DNA of 34,532 bases from Catajapyx aquilonaris (lineage: Eukaryota): contig JYFJ02004136.1 of NCBI GenBank assembly GCA_000934665.2, positions 1 to 34,532 on the forward strand, written 5' to 3'. This document shows, in pieces, positions 10,527 to 21,711 of this stretch. The notes under the pieces are model-generated. The model made no database searches. It was not told the DNA's origin and saw only the letters and a program-made list of their open reading frames with translations. A program made the position numbers and the translations under genes. Numbering within the stretch: position 1 is the first letter of the stretch; the number at the start of each line of letters is the position of its first letter.

Positions 10527-13500
10527 ATGATGATGCAACAATTTCACAAGTATGCTTCAGCGAGACCTGTTGAGGATGACGTCCCAAAACAAATGGACTG
10601 GACCAAATGCTGTTTTTGTCAGAGAGTGACTGTCGAAAAAGTTAGACAGCTTCATAGAAATTCCCGGGGAGATATCGATGAGGGATATTCATGGTTAGCT
10701 CAGAGCTTGAGTAAGTTTTACGAAATTGGTCAGTTGCATTCCTATGTTGACTTAAATTTAATTGACGATGGATCGGGACTACAGATGTCACTATGCAAGA
10801 ACAAGGCAGTCTGGCATAAATGGTGCTACTGTGAATTTTCAAGTGACCGCCTTGCACGGGCTCGAAAAAGAGCGATCGCTCTCGAGATTAGCTCTTCGTC
10901 AAGCACTTCTCCCGTTAAAACCAGAAGAGTAAATCCACCATACGTGACAGGAACCTGTGTGTTTTGTGATAACATGGCTACGAAGGGTTTCCCTCTCAGT
11001 AAAGTGATGACGAAATCTGCCAGTACTAGAATTTGCACTGTTGCAAAGGAATTACAGGACACAAATGTTTTGTCGAAAATAGGTGGTTGTGATGCGGACC
11101 TCATTGCCCACGAAGTGCAATACCACTGTAGGTGCCTTTGGGCCTTTTACAACAGGAAAAGGTCCCTTGAGAGTATTAAGCATCAACGTCTGCAGACAGA
11201 GAAGCAGCTGCATGGCCGTGCTCTTGAAGGTCTAGTATCATACATAGCGGATGTTCAAGAATCATGCTTGGATGGGACAGCACCCGTGTTTGGCATGGCT
11301 GATCTCACACGCAAGTATGAAGGTGGTTTGAAAGAGCTCGGGGTAGAACGTGACGTCCATTCTACTAGACTTAAGGAGAGCTTGCTTGATTTGTGCCCTG
11401 ACCTGGAAGCTTCTGGATCCCAAGGCAAAGAGTGCCTCCTCTCATTCAAGGCAGATGTTGATCGAACAGTTCGCAGTGGATCTTCAGGCAATTTAGACAC
11501 TGAAGCCGTCCATCTAACAAATGCCGCCAAAGTGGTGCGCACTGATTTGTTTCGTCATTCTGAATGCGACTGGAAGAAATTCACTGGAGTTTCTCAAGCT
11601 TCAAGTGTTCCCAGCTCTCTGAAATCGTTGGTGAGAATGCTGATATGTGGTCCGAGGTTGGATGATGTGGTGACTGACGACGGTGATGACATCGAGCAGA
11701 TAATTTCCTCCATATCTCAGCTAATTTCATTTCACGCAGTCAAGCGCCAAAAGGGAAACGTAGGTATAAGACGTCACAAGCTGAATCGTGAGACCCCAGT
11801 ACCAGTGTATGTAGCCCTCAAGATATACGGCGATACACGCTAGAAAGAACTAGTGGATGTTTTTTACAAGTTAGGATTGTGCATATCCTATGACAGACTG
11901 CAAGCTATTGTTTCGGACAAAGCGAATGAAGTTTGCCAGTTGTATCACGACGAACAGGTGGTTTGCCCACCATCCATGCTTCACGGAATTTTCACCACTG
12001 CAGCCGTGGACAATATTGACCACAATACATCTTCCATGACAGCTAGGGATTCCTTCCATGGCACGGCAATCACTCTGTCCCAACACCCACAGGTCGGAGT
12101 GACGGGTACGTTTATATTTTCGGCAACACTACTACGTAGAGCTTAATTTACGTCGTTTTTTCGTTTTTTTATAGGAACGCCACGTAGAACCGCAAGTGTG
12201 TCACAAACTCTCAAGAAAAGGCAGGTCCGCAATCTTCCCGTGGAGTATGCATTGGTGAAGCCTTGCTTTTTCAATGCAAAATCAGCCCGGTGCCCGACAA
12301 GTGAACCTTGCCACTTACCACACTTGCCACAACCGTGTACAGAGGACCTGGCTTTCAGCAATGAAAAAAACTGGCTGGAACAAAGCAGGACTGATGAATG
12401 CACGCCGTGGGCTGCATATCACGCCTCTTATGATTGCAACTCTCCGAGATTAAAGTCAAATATTGCACTTATGCCTATCTTTAGAGAGCATGCAAATTCG
12501 CTTGCCATGATGGTCCACTCAATGCGAGTGGTGGCTGCAGCTGTTGCACACTTGAATCCCAGTCAACTTCCTGTCCTGGTAGCAGATCAACCATTGTTTG
12601 CCCTGCTTAAACAAATCCAGTACTTGTCAGCATCAGAATTTGGAGAAGACAAGTTTTTTGTATTGATGGGTGGACTTCACATCGAGATGGCTGCGCTTCG
12701 ACTCGTCGGTCAGTGGCTTGACGGGAGTGGTTGGGTGGATGTCCTGGTGGACGCTGAAGTGACGACTCAGGGAAGGGCTGAGGCGGTTCTTAAAGTTTCC
12801 CACGTCACGCGAGCCAGATATATTCACCAGGTCAGTAACACTTTCGCAATCCTTCAATGAGAGTCACTAGAACCATGCGCTAGTCTTCTGTGTCCATTCC
12901 AGGTGACTGTCGCAGCACTTTATGACCTTCGTAAGAAGGCATTCGATGCCTACGTTGAATCATGTGACGATGACTACATATTAGGATTCGAGCAATGGCG
13001 GAGCAGTGTAAAAGCAGTGTAAAACAGCACCACAGTTCAAGTACTGGGATACTGTTATAAGTCTTCAGCTACTTGTCCTGCAATTTGTCAAAGCCATTCG
13101 CGTAGCAGACTTTTCTGCATACGTCGATGCAGCAAGCAGACTCCTTCCATGGTTCTTTGCTTTGGACCATGTCAACTATGCACGATGGCTGTCAGTTCAC
13201 GTGAGAGACCTTCAAAATATTGATAACACGCATCCTCAACTAGCAAAGCTCTTCAACGATGGGCTGTTTGTGGCGAGGAGATCAGTGCGCCAGTTTTCAG
13301 CCATGGCGCTCGACCAAGCACATGAACAGATGAATGCTAGGATCAAGGGCGATGGAGGTATAGTATGTACGAGGTAGGCGCCAAAAGTTTCCGTCCTGGC
13401 TATGTTCCAGGGGTGATGGAAATAACATGCAGTGTAATTTTTTGATATAGTCTCCTTGTACCCCCACGAGCATAACGATGGAGACGGCAGGTCCTTTTTT

Positions 13501-15920
13501 GACCTTTCTTTATCCGACTTAAATTAATGAACTCTTTTCGGACCGAGTTAGCTGCTTCAGGCGTGTGTTCGTGTATTTATGACTAGGGGCCAGTAGGGTG
13601 GGTGATCAAGCTCCTCGAAGCCACAGTTCCTCACAGCAGCCTTGGAAATACTGTATTGTCCTGTAACCTTGTGCATTATCCTGAAGTTGGAGCACACCCC
13701 ACCTCATCTTCCCACATCTCCTCTTCTTCATGGCATCACAAAACCTGTGCAGCAGGCCGGAGTAGGACTCCCCGTAGACAGTCGTATTATAAACTTATAA
13801 TCCTTGAAGTCCCCCCTGGAACATAGTCAGGACGGAAACTTTTGGCGCCTACCTCATATATGCATATGCTGCATCCATTGATTCGTTGCATGTGTCTCAT
13901 GATCTCTAACGATCACCTCTTCATCACACAGGTATGGTTGGACTGACCGAGAATCCCCAGGCGTTGAAGAAGTGGATGCTGGCGAGTCCAGAAGTGGCAT
14001 GGATGATCGAAAATTTTGAGAGGAGTGTACTGTTCCTGGATGAAGAGGATGGGGTTGGTCACCACTCAAACAATGCCTCGACTCGGAAAAACTTTCGCAT
14101 TCACGTCAGATCTCTTGTGAGCACTTTCGAGACAAAAGGGAATCCTTTCATGGGAGAAGGTGATGAGATATTTGATATTTCTACCATGAGGGTGACATCC
14201 GCTGGCGTTGCAAAGACTGTGATGGAAATTGAAGGGGAAGGTGCCAGACAATACTCAGAATTCGTCAATGAAAGATTGCGGTGTGGAACGAAGTCGCTTC
14301 TAGAACCAATAAAGCGCAATAAATTCCCCCTCTTCAGTAGGCCTAATGCGGGCTCTTCTTCGTCCAACGCTTACAAAACCAAAGTGTCGAACTTGAAAAG
14401 TGACTGTGCTTTGTTTGGCAGGCTGTATGTTGCATGCCAGAGCAGAGATGGTGACCTGGACGAATTCTTCGCCCATGAAAATAAGATAAGTCCACCAGCT
14501 CTGTCAAAATCGGGAGAAATTAGAAGCTGCAATAAAGCCGAACTCATAAAATGTTTGGTTAAGGCCAGTCCAAGCAGTACTTGCGAATCGACACCTGTGG
14601 TGCAGTGCAAAATACTTGATGGGGCAGCACTGGTTCACAGCTTGACGCCAGGTACGTCCCGTAACTTTTTTGAATATGCGACGGAAGTGTTTTTGCCCTT
14701 CCTGAAGAAAGAGGCAGAAACCTGTTCCCGTATAGATGTTGTGTGGGACAGATATGATCCAGATAGTCTTAAAAATTTTGCCAGAAAAAGACGAGGGTGT
14801 GGTTCAAGGACAAAGGTGACCTTGTCAACAAAAATGCCGAAGAATTGGCCAAATTTTCTGTTGCACAACAGCAACAAAGAGGAACTATTCCAGCTGATTT
14901 CCACGTGCATTTCGCAAGAAACCTGGAATGGAAAGGAAATTTACACGACTTTCGTCGACGGTGTACGTACAAATCTTGAGCGACAGGATCTTCAAAACCT
15001 CGCACCTTGTGACCATGAGGAAGCCGACACGAGAATGTTGCTGCACGCTGCAGATGCTGCATCACGGGGCTTCACGTCACTTATGCTTCGCACTGTGGAC
15101 ACCGATGTTCTTGTGCTGGCTGTAGCATACGTTACAAAAATCCATGACCTAGAGGAACTCTGGGTTTCACTTGGTGTGGGGAAACATCACCAATTCATCG
15201 CTGCCCACTGCATCGCTGCAGATCTGGGTAAGTTCTATAATAATTCATCTAATATAAGTGACATCAACGGCACGAATGTGTTTTTTTCCAGGGCCACTGA
15301 AGTCATCAGCACTGCCCGTTTTTCATGCGTTCACGGGATGTGACTCTGTTTCATCCTTCAGTGGCAAGGGGAAGAAGAGTGCATTTGAGGCATGGATTTC
15401 TTATCCGCAAGCAACAAATGGTTTTCTTCTCCTTTCCGAAGGAAAAGCGGATGAGGCGAAAGGGGCCATTGAAAGGTTCACAGTAACCCTCTACGACAGG
15501 TTGTCTAGCATGGACAGTGTGAATCAGGGCCGAAAATTCCTATTCACCAAGAAAGGCAGACCTCTGGAGAACATTCCGCCAACCTCCGATGCACTTCAGC
15601 AGCATGCCCGCCGAGCAGCTTTTCAAGGTGGGTTCATTTGGGGTCAGGCGCTACGTCCACTTCTGACGTCACCGAGTCCAGAACAGTGGGGCTGGAAAAG
15701 AAATTCGAATGATGCATGGGAGCCGCGGTGGACAATGTTGCCGCCTGCATCACAATCCTGCAAGGAACTGATTCGTTGTGGGTGCAAGGAGACTTGCGGA
15801 GTGCGCTGCAAATGCGTCAGAGCGGAACTGCCCTGCACTGAACTCTGTGCATGTGATGGGCAGTGCCGTGACGAGACTGACGACGATGAAGTATTATTAC
15901 CTCTACAGCTACTTTTGTAA
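10527..15920 (+). pseudogene. AcademX transposase-XPG nuclease gene (~1,540 codons, 5 exons), disrupted
   Basis: Exons 10527-12105, 12175-12830, 12903-13357, 13932-15227 and 15292-15920 are joined by phase-compatible GT-AG introns. Motifs: N-terminal CxxC/HxxC, AVDNID, ADQPL, GGLHIE, DQAHEQ (DDE core); DGAA, VVWDRY, HEEADTR, TVDTDV, FTGCD (XPG/FEN1-like); C-terminal CGCKETCGVRCKCVRAELPCTELCAC. In-frame TAG at 11841-11843 and a frameshift at ~13002-13024. Confidence 0.88.
13370..13856. mobile_element. Tc1/mariner-type MITE inside AcademX intron 3
   Basis: ~45-bp TIRs CGAGGTAGGCGCCAAAAGTTTCCGTCCTG... / ...CAGGACGGAAACTTTTGGCGCCTACCTCA flanked by TA (13368-69, 13857-58). Removing it leaves an 85-bp intron similar in size to the others. 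Confidence 0.85.
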
Positions 15921-16377
15921 AAAGCATAAACACTAATAAATAATGCATTCCACATTTTGACCCTCAGATTTGACCAAGATGTTTTGGGTCCTAAACACCA
16001 GACGTTGTGTTGCTGATGCCCTGGATAGATGGCAGTGAGTTAAAGTATGATACGACCCAAGCTGCCTTCCTGCCGCTCCAGCGCCCTAACGATGTTTGCT
16101 CGCTCTGCCTGGAATATGCTAGCGTGAGTGGGGAGGGGGAGGCGGAAGCCATTGTTTCATACCGCAAATCGCCGACCTCTCCAAAGCAGACCAAGCTGGA
16201 AAGTACGGCGAGGAGTGGAAGAGGACACGAGGCGGGAGAGGACAGTGTGATGGCTTGAAGTCAGGAAGAGAAAAAAATACATTAGATTTTTTGTTATGCT
16301 TGTTGTAATTATTGGAAAATGCTGGGTTTTAGATATGGAAACCCCGTAATAGCGACCTCCATCACTCCTTCAGGATC

Positions 16378-17066
16378 GGTCATCGTGGCCAAGTTTTATG
16401 GCTTTGTCACCGAATGCAAGCTCATTATTCAAATATAAACACATGTTGCACATTCTGTCAGATACGGCAACGCCGCTATAGTGCCCTCCCTCGGGGTGGG
16501 TCATCGTGGCTCCACGTCCAGATATGTTCGGGAGTGTCCAAAGAACTAACGTACCAAGGTTTATGGCTTTGTCACCGAATGCAAGCTCATTATTTAAATA
16601 TAAACACATGATGCACATTCTGTCAGATATGGCAACCCTGCGATAGTGCCCTCCCTCGGGGTGGGTCATCATGGCTCCACGTCCAGATATGTTCGGGAGT
16701 GTCCAAAGAACTAACGTACCAAGTTTTATGGCTTTGTCACCGAATGCAAGCTCCCTATACATATGGAGTCAGACTAGGTTGCTCCGACTATATATGGCAA
16801 CGCCGCGATAGTGCCCTCCCTCGGGGTGGGTCATCGTGGCCCCACGTCCAGATATGTTCGGAAGTGTCCAAAGAACAATTGTAGTGTGTTTCATGTGTTT
16901 ATCGGCGAATGCAAGGTACTTATTGATGTAACCTGTTAGATATGGCAACCCCGCAATATTGACCTCCAGAAGGGTCACCCATCGTGGCTCCACGTCCAGA
17001 TATGATCAGAAGTGTCCAAAGAACAAGTCTACCGAGTTTCATACTTTTGTCACAAAATGCAAAGTT
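16378..17066 (-). repeat. AcademX 3' subterminal array of ~165-bp units (about 4-5 units, inverted)
   Basis: Reverse-complement copies of the unit at 8580-9856. Confidence 0.9.
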
Positions 17067-17215
17067 GGGGTCTAATTTGTCCCTTAGCACCTAGACTAAC
17101 GTGGAATGCCTCATGTAGCTATTTTCATAATACACACCAAACTGTGATGCTGGAACATAGGTTTTAATGCCCTATCTTCAGCGGATACATGCAAATTTAC
17201 CTGCAATAGGCGAAG

Positions 17216-17256
17216 TAACCGAACCGAAACTAACCCAACCCAACCTAACCTAACCT
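17216..17256. repeat. Short degenerate (AACCT/AACCC)n microsatellite
   Basis: TAACCCAACCCAACCTAACCTAACCT. Confidence 0.6.
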
Positions 17257-18328
17257 TCCTTCCATGCGGATACAGGCCTATCTTCAGATACACGCCTAAG
17301 AGCGCCTAAGAGAGTAGGTAAAAGTGTGGCTATTATGCTACGCCGTAATTCAGTACAGGAAACGTAACGGTCTACCTGGGTACCTTAGTACGAACTTCCC
17401 TCCAAGTTGGCGATTGGAAAAATGAAAAAAGCCGAAACTTGTCAAGAAACAGCCCGCGCACTGTAGCACTTGAAATCCCGCCATTTCGAAATGTCACGGG
17501 GATGGTATCGAGTATCTACAGGTGCAGCCATTGGTATAATTGTGGTATAAATCAATGGCCGCCGCGGCGCCGCGAGGGGCAATGGAATGTGCATACGTTA
17601 TTTTAAAATGTCTGTAACTTCGGTTCTACACGGTCGTTTGAGCTGAAATTGCTTTTCCGCCACTCGGGTAAGTCAGCACTAGGTCCCTATCTACTCAGTT
17701 CAACGGTAAGTACCACCGCGAACGCTGTAGGCCGCGCCCACCTAAACTAGACCATGAGAGTGAAAAATAACATTGGTGTATGACTGTATATGTACATATA
17801 ACTACTCTGGCTGGATCACACATGTTATTAATAGTTGATAATTTTCGATATAGGGGTGGCAGGATTTGCTTTTCGGTGCTTCCAGCTCCTGATGTTATGA
17901 AAAATATGGCTGAAAATTTTTACTTTTTGAAAGACCTGAAAACAATTCTTTATTTTTCCTGTACTTAGTTGACCACTCAATTGCCCACAATTAAGTTATA
18001 GACTAAAATATCTAATTAACCCAGATATTCCTGAATTATTTAAATATTTTAAATTAGCAAATGAAGCAGTAACAATGAGTTAAAATCTAACATCTGTAGA
18101 AGTGTCACACCTTGTATATGTATATAGGATGCTAGGAATATTTGTATTATGAGCACACATACTGATGATCCAAAGGTACGGCACGCTACGGTACGGCTAA
18201 GCCAACAATAGGTAAATTTAATTAGGATCACCCCGTGAACTGTGCGTCTCACCTCGCATGTTTACAAGGTAGATCTCTTTGAGGTTGCAGCATTCATGTA
18301 CAAAGCGTGATAGAGAGATACTCTCCAG

Positions 18329-18599
18329 ACTCTCAATATCTTGGAGTCTTGTCTACTCCTTCTGGACCAAGGGGCGGACGTGGAGCATGCGGACAACGAC
18401 CACTGGACCCCCTTGCACTGGGCCGCATGCCACAACCACAAGCAGGCAGCCCTCCTCCTGATGGAGTGGGGCGCAGACCCCACCAGGAAGGACAACGAGG
18501 GGCACACTCCGGCCATGGTCGCCAGGGACTACGGAGTACGGACACACCAAGACGCTGGAGCAGAAGGTGAAGGAGATCACCGAGGAGCTGGACGGAAAG
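18329..18599 (+). pseudogene. Ankyrin-repeat exon module with a frameshift
   Basis: CLLLLDQGADVEHADNDHWTPLHWAACHNHKQAALLLMEWGADPTRKDNEGHTP. A 7-bp duplication (TACGGAG TACGGAC, 18530-18543) shifts the frame; removing it restores ...DYGHTKTLEQKVKEITEELDGK followed by a GT donor at 18600. The 5' boundary is uncertain. Confidence 0.65.
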
Positions 18600-18614
18600 G
18601 TGATCTAATCAGAA

Positions 18615-19142
18615 AGTTGCCATGGTCGCTCGATGCAGTGGTAAACCATGTTGCCATGGTCGCTCATTGCCAAACTATTGCAGCAGGGGCCATTATTGGT
18701 TTCTGGTCCCACAGTCCAAATTGTAATGGTAACCCTGTCGTCATGATAAACCTGATGGTTCCATGGTGACTCGTTGCCATGCTAACTGCTGCCATGGTGA
18801 CTCGTTGCCATGCTAATAGCTGTTGCCATGGTCGCTTGTTGCCATGGTGACTCGCTGCCATGGTGACTCGTTGCCAAACTTGGTGCTGTGGTTTCTGGTC
18901 CTGTAGTCCGCATTGTCATGCTAACCCTGTCGCCATGATAAACCTGGTTCCGTGGTCACTTGTTGCCGTGGTGTCTCATTGCTGTGGTAAACCTGGTTCC
19001 AGTGTCACTTGTTGCCGTGGCAAACCTGGTGTCATGGTCACTTGTTGCCATGCTAACCCTGTTCCCGTGCGGTGAACGTAGTGCCATGGTGCTCATTGCT
19101 ATGGTAAACCTGGTGCCATGGTACATAGTGCCATGCTAACCC
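18615..19142. repeat. Degenerate minisatellite built on GTTGCCATGGT / GCCATGCTAAC
   Basis: Many GTTGCCATG(G/C)T variants, plus a longer internal duplication (GGTTTCTGGTCC...AACCCTGTCG.CATGATAAACCTG at ~18698 and ~18890). Confidence 0.75.
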
Positions 19143-19405
19143 TTTGAAACCCTTTGTTAGGCTGTCATGCTTTGGTGTTTCATGGAATCTACAACTTTCG
19201 GCTGCTGGTCAACTGGCTGCCGTGACATTTGGTGGGCGGTCATTTCGCTGATTGTAATGATACGTATATCAGCGTCAACTTGAAGGTTGTCAAAGCCGCG
19301 ATAATGTTCGTTGGCCTGCGGCACCACAAGACGGACAGTATTGGTGCAGTAACCCCAAAGCCATACAGATGACACCAACACAACGGGCATAGCCATTTCT
19401 GTTAA

Positions 19406-19999
19406 CCCTTAACTGGCATCCTCATTTAGCCATGCTTAACTGGTATCGTGGGGTCCTTTTTGGACCCCACGTCGTTTTTTCGATTACAAACTTACATTAA
19501 CAAAAAAATCAAAATATAAATGCTTCCAAAATTCGGCCGGGACTATAAGTGGCAGATAGAAAAAAATTGACCTTCTGTGACCCTTGGTTAACTGATGAGG
19601 CGGTGTTTACTGTTTACCCGTATCTCACGTTAGTGACCCAGCAGCTGTAATGGTAGTCTCCTTACAATACTATACATAGATATTTTTTTTACACCTCTGC
19701 AATTTTTTATGCTTGCTACATCATGAATTTGCCGTGTCTATTTTTTAGGGTCGGAAAAAACTGGTCGCTAACTGGTAACATGGGGTCCTTTTTGGACTCC
19801 AAGACGACTAGTGAGCGTTTAAATGACGTTAACTCCCTTTCGAAAAATTTTTCGTCGCTCATAATTTTTTTTCAGGTGTGAAAGAGTATATTTCAGGAAT
19901 ATAGGTGTGGGAATTTTCATTTTGACAAAAACCTGCTTCAAGGTGGTGACATAAGTATACCCTGGGGTCCAAAAAGGACCCCACGATACCAATTAAGGG
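19406..19999. mobile_element. piggyBac-type MITE
   Basis: TTAA flanks (19402-05, 20000-03) and CCCTTAA..TTAAGGG termini. The TIR contains the palindrome GGGGTCCTTTTTGGACCCC, with a third copy at ~19782. The left TIR is interrupted by a ~27-bp insert. Confidence 0.8.
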
Positions 20000-20161
20000 T
20001 TAATAGCCTAAAGGCAAAATAATTAGAGACAAAGGGAAGTGCTTTTATTCACTGTCTGTGTGCCAACTGGTAGTGGCCTATGGTACTACATCCAAGTGGG
20101 GCAGTGTTGCCAAATTTTGATGGCTACAAGTATGTAAGATAAGCATGTTTTTTTCTTACAG

Positions 20162-21711
20162 GTGAATCCAAAGGGGTACTTTGATGCATGCAGGAATGGC
20201 GAGCTGGATGACGTTGCGACTTGGCTGGATGAGACTGGTGCGGACATAAAGCTGGAGATTGACAGGTGGGGCCGAAGTGGGATTCACTGGGCAGCTCAGA
20301 TGGGCCACAGGGACGTGCTGGAGCTGCTTCTGGACCGTGGCGTGGATGTGGACCTGGTGGGTACGTCTGACTTTCGCACGCCCCTGCACTACGCAGCGCT
20401 GTACGGCCATCTGTCGACGGCCCAGCTTCTGTTGGAGCGTGGGGCGGACCTGACCAAGAAGGACAAGAAGTGCAAGACTCCTAAGCAGCTGGCTCCAAGA
20501 GTCAGCGTATCGCTTGTGGAACTTCTGGAGCGGAAGGCCCGAGAAGTCGGTGCGGAAGAAGAGGCGCGAGAGCAGGAAATTGAGGTATTGCAACCGAAGA
20601 GCATACTTGCTTTTAGGTCAGGTGGACCCAAAAGAATACTTAGATGCATGCAGAAACGGGAGATACGATGATGTTGAGTACTGGCTGGATAAAAAGGGGG
20701 TGAACGCCGCTGGAGAGATGGACAAGATGGGACGGACTGGAATTCACTGGGCGGCTCGTATGGGCCATAAGGACGTGGTTCAGCTTCTGCTTGATCGAGG
20801 TGCGGACCTGGATCTGGGAGGCGGAACAGACTGTTGTACACCGCTTCACTATGATGCGATGTTCGGGTTTGAAGGGATAGCCCGGCTTCTCCTTCAGCGT
20901 GGGGCGGACGTGACCAAGAAGGACAGACGGGATAAGACACCGAGGCAACTAGCCGCAATGAACGGCAACAACACGCAGCTCCTCCTCATGCTTGAGAAGA
21001 AGGAAAAGGAGCTGCAGGCCGCAGCCGAATCATCCATGAATGCTGGAAAGGTAAGGCGCAATCGAATCAACCAAACTGTGCACTAATTACTCTTTCAACA
21101 ACCCGACCCGAACGATTACGTCTAGGCTTGTCGGAAGGGCAAGCTGTTCGAAGTAAAAGAGTGGATTGAAGTACGGCAATTGGACGCCAAGAGCACAATG
21201 GATCACAGTGGGTGGACCAGAGTCCACTGGCCCGCTTACGAGTGCAACATGGACATTGTTAAGTTTCTGCTTAACTCAGGAGCAGATGATGTGGACCAAG
21301 CGGACGAGGTGAACAGTCGTACTCCGCTTCATTACGCAGCACTGTACGGCCAGAAGGCAATCGCCACTTTCCTTCTGGAGCGAGGGGCCAACCCGAAAGT
21401 GGAGGACAAGGACGGCAAGATTCCTCGACAGCTTGCCATCTTCAACGGGTACCACCCACTGGCCAACATGTTGAAGAAGAAGGAGGAAGAGATGGAGCGG
21501 GAGTCGGAAGCCTCAGAGGACAAAGTACGTACCTGTACATTTGAAACCAATTTTAATCCGAACTGTACTGTACTTGTGTCTAAATCACTGCTATTTTCAG
21601 AATTCAGCGAAGTATGGAAAGCGGAAATCTTCGACAAGCATCAACCGAAACCAGAAGAGGAAACCCTCTTGGAGATTCGAAGGAGAAGCGGAGAAGAAGA
21701 GTGATACGTGA
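20162..21711 (+). CDS. Ankyrin-repeat protein (3' exons; three paralogous phase-0 exon modules plus a basic tail exon); may be decaying
   Basis: Predicted exons 20162-20584, 20622-21050, ~21126-21524 and 21601-21711. Each module reads xxPKxYxxACRNG...G(R/W)(S/T)xxHWAA...LLLDRG...TPLHY...LLLERGA...KD..KTPxQLA followed by a charged helix. The start codon lies upstream and was not identified. Confidence 0.75.

Larger units (their letters stand above)
8554..17098 (+). mobile_element. AcademX DNA transposon (8,545 bp, full-length but coding-defective)
   Basis: Termini TAGTCCGGGTGCTAAGGG / CCCTTAGCACCTAGACTA with 3-bp TSD ACG (8551-8553, 17099-17101). The empty site GCTTG-ACG-TGGAATG is read from the mirror Sola arm. 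It encodes transposase + XPG nuclease + Cys cluster, the defining AcademX architecture. Confidence 0.9.
3248..17112. mobile_element. Sola2-like non-autonomous foldback DNA transposon (~1.9 kb own sequence), interrupted by LTR and AcademX insertions
   Basis: Termini GAGGCATTCCACGT...ACGTGGAATGCCTC with 4-bp TSD ATGT (3244-3247, 17113-17116). Arms are ~0.9 kb: 3248-3489 + 6890-7557 versus 7654-8553 + 17102-17112, with a ~95-bp spacer. Each arm has an internal ~320-bp duplication. GRG termini, 4-bp TSD and long TIRs fit Sola2. Confidence 0.8.

Noticed and set aside
11841..11843. Programmed readthrough of the in-frame TAG
   Set aside because: No supporting signal is visible and the same gene has an independent frameshift; a simple nonsense mutation is more parsimonious.
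17216..17256. Telomere or telomeric insertion site (TTAGG)
   Set aside because: Only about three perfect units, interstitial and degenerate.
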